In this document: piece after piece, positions 24,599-32,000 of the stretch | How positions within the stretch are numbered: position 1 is the first letter of the stretch | Layout: every line of letters begins with the position of its first letter | From: Crenobacter cavernae | Lineage (GTDB): Bacteria; Pseudomonadota; Gammaproteobacteria; Burkholderiales; Chromobacteriaceae | NCBI RefSeq assembly: GCF_003355495.1 | Contig: NZ_CP031337.1 | Span: 2,200,242-2,232,241, forward strand | Length of the DNA stretch: 32,000 bases | Reading direction: 5' to 3' | Made by a program: the position numbers and the translations under genes | Notes under the pieces: generated by a model | Seen by the model: the letters and a program-made list of their open reading frames with translations, nothing else | Databases searched by the model: none | Told to the model about the DNA's origin: nothing

Positions 24599-25348
24599 TC
24601 AGCGCGGGACGGTCACGAAGCGGGCGGCGAGCGCCGCGCGGTCGATGCCGAGTGCGCCGTCGAGGTAGGCGTCGACGCCGCCCCAGCCGGCGTCGATCTC
24701 GTCGAAGGCGGCGCTCAGGTAGTCGACGTCGACGTCGAGCACCGGCCGGATGACGTCCAGGTCGACGCCGTGCGGTGCGAGCTTGTCGGCCATCATCGCC
24801 TTCAGCGTGGCAAGGTGCGCGCCCGAGGCGAGGTAGTCGGCGAACACCGCGTCGCGCGACGCGCCGAGCGCGGTCAGCAAGAGCGCCGCGCCGATGCCGG
24901 TGCGGTCCTTGCCGGCGGTGCAATGGAATACCGTCACGCCGGGCGTGGCGGCGAGCGCGGCGAAGAACTGCCGCCACTGGCCGACGTAGTCGCGAACCAG
25001 CGAGCGGTAGACGGCGACCATCATCGCCTTCATGTCGTCGAGCGTCGCGGTCTTGAAGCGCGCGACCCTATCGCGCGAGGTCAGCGAGCCTTCGAGAAAG
25101 GCGATCGCCGTGAGGTTCGCGCCGGGCGGCAGCTTGTTAGGACGGGTCTTCTGCTCCTCGCCTGAGCGCAGGTCGATCACCTGCGCGACGTCGAGACGCG
25201 CCAGCGTGGCGAGGTCGGCGTCGGTGAGGCCGACGAGGTCGCCGGAGCGGTACAGGCGGCCGGCGGCCAGCTCGCCGTGGGCGACCGGGATGCGGGCCAG
25301 CTCGCGAAAGTGGCTCTGGCCGGCAAGGATCGTTGGGGGGAGGCTCAT
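24599..25348 (-). CDS. Protein-tyrosine phosphatase (Y_phosphatase3-like)
   Basis: CX5R active site VFHCTAGKDRTG. The start at 25348 (MSLPPTI...) is preferred; 25369 is possible. Confidence 0.85.
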   Translation of the reverse strand: MSLPPTILAGQSHFRELARIPVAHGELAAGRLYRSGDLVGLTDADLATLARLDVAQVIDLRSGEEQKTRPNKLPPGANLTAIAFLEGSLTSRDRVARFKTATLDDMKAMMVAVYRSLVRDYVGQWRQFFAALAATPGVTVFHCTAGKDRTGIGAALLLTALGASRDAVFADYLASGAHLATLKAMMADKLAPHGVDLDVIRPVLDVDVDYLSAAFDEIDAGWGGVDAYLDGALGIDRAALAARFVTVPR

Positions 25349-25490
25349 CGCGCTGCGCTTTCTCTGCATGCAAAGACCGCTAAGCCTAGCCGAACGGGGC
25401 TCTTTGGGCGAGCGGCCGCGCGGCACGTCTCTCGCCGCCTCCCGATGGCCGGCCGCCATCGGCTACGATTCGGAGTAAGGAGGCATGGCC

Positions 25491-25718
25491 ATGAAATGCT
25501 GGACTTACGACACCCAATACGGACCCTTCGACATCGTCCCGCTCGATGGCAGTTATCACATCATGCACGAGGGCGAGGCGCTGGGCAGTTACCCGACGCC
25601 CGAGCAGGCCGCCGAGGCGCTGGCCAACGGCCACTCTGCCTGGCCGTCGTTCGGCAATCCGCACGAACTGGGCATCCCCGAAGACCTGTCGAAGTGGCTG
25701 TGCCGGCCGGTGGTCTGA
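25491..25718 (+). CDS. Hypothetical small protein (75 aa)
   Basis: AAGGAGG lies 7 nt upstream of the ATG at 25491 (the ATG at 25485 is too close to the SD). G/C-rich third positions. No confident family assignment. Confidence 0.55.
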   Translation: MKCWTYDTQYGPFDIVPLDGSYHIMHEGEALGSYPTPEQAAEALANGHSAWPSFGNPHELGIPEDLSKWLCRPVV

Positions 25719-25828
25719 TGCGGCAAGACGAGCCAGGATCGTTCCGGGCTGTGAGGAGGCCCGGCTCGAACGGCCTGCGGCAGCAGGGTAGGCTGGCGCC
25801 CGAGCGGGTCGCCGGGCCGTGATGTTGT

Positions 25829-25856
25829 CGCCGGTCCCGCCGTGACGGGACCGGCG
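25829..25856. terminator. GC-rich hairpin between convergent genes (no U-tract)
   Basis: 11-bp stem CGCCGGTCCCG / CGGGACCGGCG with a 6-nt loop. Confidence 0.4.
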
Positions 25857-25867
25857 GCAGAAACCGG

Positions 25868-26857
25868 TCAGGAATGGCTGGCAGCGTCTTCCCGCGTCTT
25901 GTAGAGCGAGAAAAGCACGCCGGACAGCAGAAGGCTGAATGTCACGAGCAGCGACAGCCCGGTCGGGATATGGAAGTCGACCAGATCATTGTCATGCAGG
26001 TAGACGAGGCCGACCTTGGCGCCGATGAAGACCAGCACCACCGACAGCGCGTACTTCAGGTAGTGGAAGCGGTGGACCATCGCCGCCAGCGCGAAGTACA
26101 GCGCCCGCAAGCCGAGCACGGCGAAGATGTTCGAGGTGTAGACGATGAACGGGTCCTGGGTGATGGCGAAAATGGCCGGGATGCTGTCCACCGCGAACAC
26201 GACGTCGGCGGACTCGACCATGATCAAGGCCAGCAAGAGCGGGGTCGCCCACCAGCCTTTGGCCAGACCGTGCTTCTCGCCGCGCACCCAGAAGTGCTGT
26301 TCGTGCAGCGTCGGCGTCAGGCGCAGATGGCTCCGCAACCACTGATAGGCGCGGTTTTTTTCCAGCGACATCGGCTGGTCGTCGGCGAGCAGCATCTTGA
26401 CGCCGGTCGCCGCCAGGAACAGGCCGAACACGGCGAGCATCCACTGGAACTCGGCCACCAGCGCCGCGCCCAGCCCGATCATGACGGCCCGCATCACGAT
26501 CACCCCCAGGATGCCCCAGAACAGCACGCGGTGCTGGTAGAGGCGCGGCACGGCCAGGCTGCCGAAGATCAGCGAGATGACGAAGACGTTGTCCATCGAC
26601 AGCGACTTCTCGATCAGATAGCCGGTGAAGTACTGCATGCCGGTATCCGCGCCGCGATACCACCACAGCCAGCCGCCAAAGGCGACGCCCATCGCGATAT
26701 AGAAGGCGGACAGCTTGAGGCTCTCTTTCACGCCGATCTCATGCTGATTCTTGTGCAGCACGCCGAGGTCGAACGCCAAGAGCGCCACCACCAGCCCCAT
26801 AAACATCAGCCAGACCCAGACCGGGTAGCCGATGAACATTCCTGACAGCCATTCCAT
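25868..26857 (-). CDS. TerC-family integral membrane protein (Alx/TerC-like)
   Basis: YLIEKSLSMDNVFVI, and the repeated motif DSIPAIFAIT..PFIVYTSNIFA. GAGGA RBS. The gene starts 10 nt after the htpX stop. Confidence 0.9.
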   Translation of the reverse strand: MEWLSGMFIGYPVWVWLMFMGLVVALLAFDLGVLHKNQHEIGVKESLKLSAFYIAMGVAFGGWLWWYRGADTGMQYFTGYLIEKSLSMDNVFVISLIFGSLAVPRLYQHRVLFWGILGVIVMRAVMIGLGAALVAEFQWMLAVFGLFLAATGVKMLLADDQPMSLEKNRAYQWLRSHLRLTPTLHEQHFWVRGEKHGLAKGWWATPLLLALIMVESADVVFAVDSIPAIFAITQDPFIVYTSNIFAVLGLRALYFALAAMVHRFHYLKYALSVVLVFIGAKVGLVYLHDNDLVDFHIPTGLSLLVTFSLLLSGVLFSLYKTREDAASHS

Positions 26858-26867
26858 GTCTCGGTCC

Positions 26868-27755
26868 TCAGGCGCGGGCGTCGGTCTGGAGCGCGCGAAC
26901 CCGCTCCTCGATGCTCGGATGGCTGGCGAACAGCGACATCAGACCCGGCCTGCCCGCGACCCCCGAGGCGGCCATCCCCTGCGGCAAGCCGCCGGCTTCC
27001 ATGCCGCCGAGACGATGGAGCGCGGCGATCATCGGCCGGCGCGAACCCAGCAGGGTCGCCGCCCCCGAGTCGGCGCGGAACTCACGCCGGCGCGAGAAAT
27101 ACATGACGATGACCGAGGCCAGGATGCCGAAGGCGATCTCGCAGACGATCACGGTCACCATGTAGCCGATCCCCGGTCCGGAAGACGCCTCGTCGTCGTT
27201 GCGGCGCAGGAAGCTGTCGACCAGATAGCCGACGACGCGCGCCAGGAAGAACACGAAGGTGTTCACCACGCCCTGGATCAGCGTCAGCGTCACCATGTCG
27301 CCGTTCTTGATGTGCGCGACTTCGTGCGCCAGCACCGCCTCGACCTCCTCATGCGTCATCGAGGAGAGCAGGCCGGTCGATACCGCCACCAGCGAGCCGG
27401 CCTTGCTCGCGCCGGTGGCGAAGGCGTTGGGCTCGCCCTCGTAGACCGCGACCTCGGGCATAGCCAGGCCGGCGCGCGCGGCGAGCCTGCCTACGGTGTC
27501 GACGAGCCAGCGCTCGGTCGGGTTGGTCGGGTTGTCGATCACCCGCGCGCCGGTGCTCCACTTGGCGATGGGTTTGGACATCAGGAGCGAGATGAAGGCG
27601 CCGCCGAAGCCCATCAGCGTGGCGAACATCAGCAGCATCGGCAGGTTGAGCCCGTTCGCGGTCAAGAAGCGGTTCAGGCCGAGCAAATGGGCCGTGACGC
27701 TCAGCACCAGCATCACGGCGAGGTTGGTCAGGATCAGCAGCAGCACGCGTTTCAT
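26868..27755 (-). CDS. htpX: Membrane zinc metalloprotease HtpX
   Basis: The N-terminus [18 protein letters not shown], the [10 protein letters not shown] (HEXXH) motif and the overall TM layout are typical of HtpX. Confidence 0.9.
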   Translation of the reverse strand: MKRVLLLILTNLAVMLVLSVTAHLLGLNRFLTANGLNLPMLLMFATLMGFGGAFISLLMSKPIAKWSTGARVIDNPTNPTERWLVDTVGRLAARAGLAMPEVAVYEGEPNAFATGASKAGSLVAVSTGLLSSMTHEEVEAVLAHEVAHIKNGDMVTLTLIQGVVNTFVFFLARVVGYLVDSFLRRNDDEASSGPGIGYMVTVIVCEIAFGILASVIVMYFSRRREFRADSGAATLLGSRRPMIAALHRLGGMEAGGLPQGMAASGVAGRPGLMSLFASHPSIEERVRALQTDARA

Positions 27756-27816
27756 GGGGTTCGTCCCTGTTATCGATTCGTGCTGGCAGCATAGGCGGGA
27801 CAACGCGAAGATAAAA

Positions 27817-27852
27817 TCGAATAAAATCTCATGAACAATCCGATTTATTCGA
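27817..27852. promoter_or_regulatory. 9-bp perfect inverted repeat in the htpX/LysR divergent region (possible operator)
   Basis: TCGAATAAA (27817-27825) and TTTATTCGA (27844-27852), separated by 18 nt. The repeat ends 7 nt before the LysR ATG. Confidence 0.3.
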
Positions 27853-27858
27853 AACAAT

Positions 27859-28764
27859 ATGACCGAGCCGCTCAACTACAAGCACCTTCACTACTTCTGG
27901 GCCGTCGCCCGCGAAGGCGGCGTCAACCGGGCCGCCGAGCGGCTGGGCATGAGCGCGCAGACCGTCAGCGGCCAGGTCTCCCGGCTAGAACTGGCGCTGG
28001 GAAAGGCGCTGTTCACCCAGCAGGGACGCAAGCTGGTGCTGACCGAGGCCGGACGCGTGGCGCTGCAGTACGCCGACCAGATCTTCCTGCTCGGCGAGAC
28101 GCTGCAGGAGACGCTGGAAGAGGAAACGCCCGGCGCGACGGTACGCCTGTCGGCAGGCATCACCGACGTACTTCCCAAGACGGTCTCCTATCGGCTGCTG
28201 GAACCGGCGCTCGCTTCGGGAAACCGGGTGCGGCTGGTGTGCACGGAAGGCGCGTTCGACGAACTGTTGGCCGAGCTGGCTCTGCATCGTCTGGATGTGG
28301 TGCTGGCCGACCGTCCGGTCCCGGCCGGTGCTCAACAACCCTTCGTCTCGACCTTGCTGGCGCGCTGTCCGGTCATGATCTTCGGCACCGCCCAACTTTG
28401 CGCCCGCTACCGCGACGGTTTCCCGCACAGCCTCGCGCGGGCACCGATGCTGCTTCCCACGCGGGACAACGTGTTGCGCAGCCAGCTCGAGCAGTGGTTC
28501 GAGGCGGAGAGCATCAAGGTCGACATCGTCGGCGAGTTCGAGGACGGGGCGCTGCTCAAGACATTCGGGCGCCAGGGTGTCGGCCTGTTCCCCGCGCCGT
28601 CCTTCCAGGTCGACGATATCACCCGTCAGTTCGAGGTCGAGGTGCTGGGCGCCGTCGAAGGGGTCTCCGAGCACTACTACGCGATCGCCAACCGCCGCAA
28701 GCTGCAGCACAGCGCCGTCGAGGCCATCATGCGTTCGCGCGCGGAGGTCCGGGACGAAGCCTGA
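27859..28764 (+). CDS. LysR-family transcriptional regulator (NhaR-like N-terminus)
   Basis: [40 protein letters not shown] resembles the NhaR subgroup HTH. Confidence 0.9.
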   Translation: MTEPLNYKHLHYFWAVAREGGVNRAAERLGMSAQTVSGQVSRLELALGKALFTQQGRKLVLTEAGRVALQYADQIFLLGETLQETLEEETPGATVRLSAGITDVLPKTVSYRLLEPALASGNRVRLVCTEGAFDELLAELALHRLDVVLADRPVPAGAQQPFVSTLLARCPVMIFGTAQLCARYRDGFPHSLARAPMLLPTRDNVLRSQLEQWFEAESIKVDIVGEFEDGALLKTFGRQGVGLFPAPSFQVDDITRQFEVEVLGAVEGVSEHYYAIANRRKLQHSAVEAIMRSRAEVRDEA

Positions 28765-28842
28765 AGGGCAGGGGGCTTTGGGGGCACCCGGTGCGCATAG
28801 GTCTGAAGACTGATCTGCCCCGGTGCATCGAAACCGTTCTCC

Positions 28843-28869
28843 TTCGGCCAAGCTCCGGGTTGGCCGAGC
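28843..28869. repeat. REP-like palindrome (TTCGGCCAAG-N-GTTGGCCGAGC)
   Basis: 8-bp arms TCGGCCAA / TTGGCCGA with an 8-nt loop. Confidence 0.7.
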
Positions 28870-29001
28870 CTTTTCCGGGAAGCGATCGGCCCGGGCCCGA
28901 TGTACGCCTCGTTCTTTGACCCGGCCGGAATCGGCGGCTCGCCCACTTTCCTGATAGAGCTGGGTTCGATGTCGCCCGGCATCGTCTGCCGGCGCAAACG
29001 A

Positions 29002-29031
29002 AAACCCCCGGGGGCTTGCCACCGGGGGTTT
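29002..29031. terminator. Hairpin AAACCCCCGG-N10-CCGGGGGTTT (bidirectional terminator-like)
   Basis: 10-bp stem flanked by short A and T tracts, between the LysR gene (+) and the small acidic protein gene (-). Confidence 0.6.
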
Positions 29032-29038
29032 CTGCAGC

Positions 29039-29072
29039 GGGCTCGGCCAACCCTTTGACGTTGGCCGAGCCC
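29039..29072. repeat. REP-like palindrome (GGGCTCGGCCAA-N10-TTGGCCGAGCCC)
   Basis: 12-bp perfect arms, immediately after the previous hairpin. Confidence 0.8.
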
Positions 29073-29117
29073 CTTGTCGGGCCGAATCGCGCTTGTGGCC
29101 CGGTCCGGCCCGTGGGG

Positions 29118-29318
29118 CTAGTCGTGGTGCTTCACCTGGCGCACCTGGTCGGACTGGTACTCGCCGGTGTCCGGGTCTTCGTCTTCGGCCTCCGGGAGCG
29201 GCTCGTCCTCTTCGAGGTGCTGTCCGACGCGGAACTGGTGCACCTGGTCGGCCGAGTATTCGCCGGTGTCGGGCACGGTTTCCTGCGTTTGGGAAGGTTT
29301 GGGAGCGTTGCCTGCCAT
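29118..29318 (-). CDS. Small acidic protein (66 aa) with an internal tandem repeat PDTGEYxxDQVxQ
   Basis: AGGAGG RBS 6 nt upstream of the ATG at 29318. The two 14-aa repeats are encoded at 29232-29273 and 29133-29174. Confidence 0.7.
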   Translation of the reverse strand: MAGNAPKPSQTQETVPDTGEYSADQVHQFRVGQHLEEDEPLPEAEDEDPDTGEYQSDQVRQVKHHD

Positions 29319-29470
29319 GGGAGCCTCCTGCCTGTCTGTGGGTGAGGGGACTGCGGGTGATGCTACTCGCCAGTATAGGCGGCTAAGGGGCGGCGTCACC
29401 CCGGGGTGGCCCGGGCCGTGATGAGGAAGGCCTGGCCGAGGCAGGAATAGGTGAGGGCTGCCTTCCACAC

Positions 29471-30112
29471 CTACCACAGCGGTTTGCTCAGGTTCTCGGT
29501 GAAGGCGCTGAACATGATGTTGAAACTGACGCTGATCCTTTCCCCCGCGCTCGTATTGGCGTCCACCGAGTGTTGCAGGTAGGACGGAAAGATCAGCAGC
29601 GTGCCATCCTGAACCTTGACCACGACCTGGTCGGTATTCTCGGCGGTGAGTTCCACCACCGGAGGCCGGATGATGCCGGTCTGGTTGCGCGGGTCATGGA
29701 AGTTGATCGTGTCCGCGCCCGCGTGGGTTCTGACGTAATAAACGCCGCTCAGGAAGTTGTTGGGGTGGCTGTGCGCCCTGTGGGCCGCACCCCGGGGCAG
29801 AACGGTGGCCCAGCAGCCGGTGATCTCGAAGGCATCGTAGCCGATTCTCAGGAAGCGCAGGATGCTTTTTGCCGCCTGATCGATGCAGGCGACGAGGTCC
29901 CGCAGTTCTTTGAGTCGATGCAGGTCCTGATCCGATTGCCAGCCTTGGCCGGGGGCGAGTTCTGGCCCGTCTTGCCTCATGCCGTCGAGGGCCAGCAGGA
30001 TATCCGCGTCGATCGCTTCGTGCAGGTTGGACTCGAGCTGAATCTTCCAAACCAACGACGGAAACATCGGCATCACATCCGACGTTTCGAACCACGAGTC
30101 TTTCTTGACCAT
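29471..30112 (-). CDS. 2OG-Fe(II) oxygenase superfamily protein (TIGR02466-like)
   Basis: HSHPNNFLSGVYYV (HxH...SGVYY) and LIFPSYLQHSV motifs. Start taken at MVKKDSW. Confidence 0.8.
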   Translation of the reverse strand: MVKKDSWFETSDVMPMFPSLVWKIQLESNLHEAIDADILLALDGMRQDGPELAPGQGWQSDQDLHRLKELRDLVACIDQAAKSILRFLRIGYDAFEITGCWATVLPRGAAHRAHSHPNNFLSGVYYVRTHAGADTINFHDPRNQTGIIRPPVVELTAENTDQVVVKVQDGTLLIFPSYLQHSVDANTSAGERISVSFNIMFSAFTENLSKPLW

Positions 30113-30390
30113 GAGCGCGCCCGTCCCATAGATAAGCCTGGGCTGGGCACGGCGCAACCCAAGCAGCCATGTACGCTCGCCAAGCCCGCCGTTCGTGTCG
30201 TGCCCTGGCGTCCCCCATCCGAGCACTATCATCCGCGCCGGATATCAGGAGATGTCGACGAGCCCGACGAGTCCGGCACTGCCCAGCTCGGCCGTGAAAG
30301 CCGCCTCCTTGGCTCGGCGGCGGCGCGGGGTCATGGTCTGTCAGAATTGGAAAAGACAGGGCCCCCACTCAATTTAGCCCAGGCTAGGTA

Positions 30391-31098
30391 TTAGCGATGT
30401 CTACCCTTCCTGGCGGGCTTGGCGGATGGGCTAGTCTTGCCCGCCGCGCGCGCCGGCTTGGCCGCCTCGCCTTCCGGCGCGGTGTTCTCCGCCTCGGCTT
30501 CGGCGATTTCGGCCGCCATCTGCTCGCGGACCGCAGCGAAGAAGCGGTAGATCGCGCCCACCGATGGCGAGATCGCCGCCAGCCACTCCCCGCGCTGCGC
30601 CGGGTCGACCGTTTCCAGGTAGGGACGCATCTCCGAGTCGGGGTGGTGCTCGAAGGCGAGCGCCATGATCGGCACCAGCGCCTGCGCCTGTTCCTCATCC
30701 TCGAACAAGAGGCCCCAGTCGTCGTTCAACAGTTCCATGCCCTCGCTGAACCCCTCGGCCCACGCGTTGCCATGCACCACGCCGTGCTCGTCCGCATCGA
30801 GCCAGGGCTGGAACGGTTCGCCGGCATGCAGCGTGTGGGCGATGTCCAGCCAGTGCCCCATCAGCAGCGACACGAACTGTTCGAGCTGCTTTTCGGTGTG
30901 GAACGCCTCCTCGTCGTCGAAGGCCTCGCCGAGGATCAGCGGCAGCACCTCGGCCGGCTTGATCGGCTCCGGCCCGCACAACAGCGCGGTGAAGAAACCG
31001 TCGAGCGTCTCCAGGCTCATCGCGCCGAGCGCGCGAAAACGCGCCAGGGTGTCGGCGAGGCGCTGGTAGTCGTTGTCGGAAAGCGGGGCGTGGCTCAT
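30391..31098 (-). CDS. UPF0149 (YgfB-like) family protein with an Ala/Lys-rich C-terminal tail
   Basis: LETLDGFFTALLCGPE...P and W..GF..G motifs typical of UPF0149. Start at MSHAPLSD, with GAGG 8 nt upstream. Confidence 0.8.
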   Translation of the reverse strand: MSHAPLSDNDYQRLADTLARFRALGAMSLETLDGFFTALLCGPEPIKPAEVLPLILGEAFDDEEAFHTEKQLEQFVSLLMGHWLDIAHTLHAGEPFQPWLDADEHGVVHGNAWAEGFSEGMELLNDDWGLLFEDEEQAQALVPIMALAFEHHPDSEMRPYLETVDPAQRGEWLAAISPSVGAIYRFFAAVREQMAAEIAEAEAENTAPEGEAAKPARAAGKTSPSAKPARKGRHR

Positions 31099-31188
31099 CG
31101 GTAAAACCTCGGGATGGGGATGGCGCATTATCGGTCAAACCGCGCGGTCCTGGACGAACAATGGTCAACGGCGGCCCGGCTGGCGCAT

Positions 31189-31626
31189 TTATTTCCTGAC
31201 GACGATGTCGGCTTTTGTCTTGCCGACGATGTCAAACAGCTCCTTCTGCTCGACCGCCGGGACCTTGTCCTTGTCCAGGGATTTCTTGAAATCCTTGACC
31301 ATGACGTCCCACTCCTTCTCGCTGATGTTCAAATGAGCGTGGGACTCCTTCATCGTCTTCCCCGTGTATTTGCATGGCCCGCCGCTTACCTCGCAGACCA
31401 ATTGCGAAACTTGGAACTTGAGGTAAGGCGCCGGAGCGCTCTTCCGGCCGGCATTAATGGCGGGGTTCTTGTTCAGCGTCTTATTCGATACGAGCCGGTT
31501 GATGAAATCGTCGACGACCACCGTGATGCCCTTCAGCCCACCCAATCGATCGTAGAGGAGTTTCTGGGCTTCGGGCTGCTGCGCCGAGGCGACCGGCGCG
31601 AAAGAGGCGGCGAGTAGAAACGCCAT
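31189..31626 (-). CDS. Group-1 truncated haemoglobin (trHbN-like) with an N-terminal export signal; the true start may be further upstream (GTG 31641 or ATA 31659)
   Basis: LYDRLGG...VVVDDF, Q in LKFQVSQL, GGP.KYTGKTMKESHAHLNI (proximal His). Preceded by the hydrophobic segment AFLLAASFAPVASA-QQ. Confidence 0.8.
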   Translation of the reverse strand: MAFLLAASFAPVASAQQPEAQKLLYDRLGGLKGITVVVDDFINRLVSNKTLNKNPAINAGRKSAPAPYLKFQVSQLVCEVSGGPCKYTGKTMKESHAHLNISEKEWDVMVKDFKKSLDKDKVPAVEQKELFDIVGKTKADIVVRK

Positions 31627-31761
31627 GGCTGTTAAAGCCACCCGGAGGTTGTTCTTTATCTTTGTCTCCTTACATCGGTTGGGAGGGCTAGGTTTCTCCA
31701 CGCTGCCATGGGCCCCGAGCATGGTGGCCTGCCGCCGGCCGGGGCGCCTAGTGTCGGCTCC

Positions 31762-32000
31762 TTAACCCGCTGCGCCAGGCTCCATATAGATCAGTTCCCA
31801 GATGTGGCCGTCCAAGTCCTGAAAACCATGTCCATACATAAAGCCGTGGTCTTGGGGTTCGTTGTAGGTCGTTCCGCCAGCGGCGACCGCCTTGCGAACC
31901 ATTTCATCGACTTTTTCCCGGCTCTCAGAAGATAAACACACGAGCACTTCCGTGCTTTTCGTCGCGTCGCAAATTTCTTTAGGAGTAAAAGTCTTGAACT
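31762..32000 (-). CDS. VOC (glyoxalase/bleomycin-resistance fold) family protein, C-terminal part; the 5' end lies beyond the window
   Basis: The frame is open to base 32000. GFMYGHGFQDLDGHIWELIYM is a typical VOC C-terminal strand pair. Confidence 0.7.
   Translation of the reverse strand, partial: FKTFTPKEICDATKSTEVLVCLSSESREKVDEMVRKAVAAGGTTYNEPQDHGFMYGHGFQDLDGHIWELIYMEPGAAG

Noticed and set aside
23976-24977. N-terminal extension of the PA2778-type peptidase ORF (649 aa in the track).
   Set aside because: The extension is low-complexity Arg/Pro/Ala. It overlaps the PA2779-type gene and the phosphatase gene. A lipoprotein signal peptide with a lipobox begins at the internal ATG at 23975.
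26858-26867. A yybP-ykoY type riboswitch upstream of the TerC-family gene.
   Set aside because: Only 10 nt separate it from the htpX stop, which leaves no room for a structured leader.
28951-28985. A tRNA-like T-arm fragment (GGGTTCGATG) as a possible integration-site remnant.
   Set aside because: The flanks do not form a T-stem or acceptor stem, and there is no CCA-proximal structure. There is no integrase or matching direct repeat nearby. This is most likely a chance match.
590-29072. Whether the repeated TTGGCCGAGC palindromes could be a CRISPR array.
   Set aside because: The copies are dispersed over 28 kb in separate intergenic regions and are not regularly spaced. They are themselves inverted repeats of variable arrangement. 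No cas genes are present.

Overview
This is a high-GC proteobacterial chromosomal segment. Backbone lines I hand-counted run about 63-77 % G+C. The gene content fits a beta-proteobacterium: FlgL, SpeA, an OmpA-type porin, HtpX, a DUF799/GNA1162-type lipoprotein and a PA2778/PA2779 pair. A Neisseriales or Chromobacterium-like origin is only a guess. I can support about 38 protein-coding genes. Most are ordinary housekeeping or accessory metabolism, and four are LysR-type regulators, three of them paired divergently with a target gene. I saw no rRNA, tRNA, CRISPR array, transposase, integrase, phage gene or recognisable defence system.

The leads worth a second look are these:
1. A lower-GC three-lipoprotein operon (CsgG-like, DUF4810, DUF799) has no curli or other substrate genes nearby.
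2. A translationally coupled PA2778-type C39-like cysteine peptidase lipoprotein sits next to a PA2779-type membrane protein.
3. A dense family of palindromic REP-like elements (core GCTCGGCCAAC...GTTGGCCGAGC) fills intergenic regions and often doubles as an intrinsic terminator.
4. Two genes are split by single-base frame changes: an EAL-CBS-GGDEF protein and an acyltransferase-3.
5. Three intrinsic terminators are not attached to any ORF and may mark sRNAs or attenuators.
6. A signal-peptide-bearing truncated haemoglobin appears to lack Tyr-B10 and may start at an AUA codon.

None of these is demonstrably a new system from sequence alone. The two lipoprotein modules belong to recognised families whose function is unknown. 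All family assignments come from motif recognition by eye, not from database searches.
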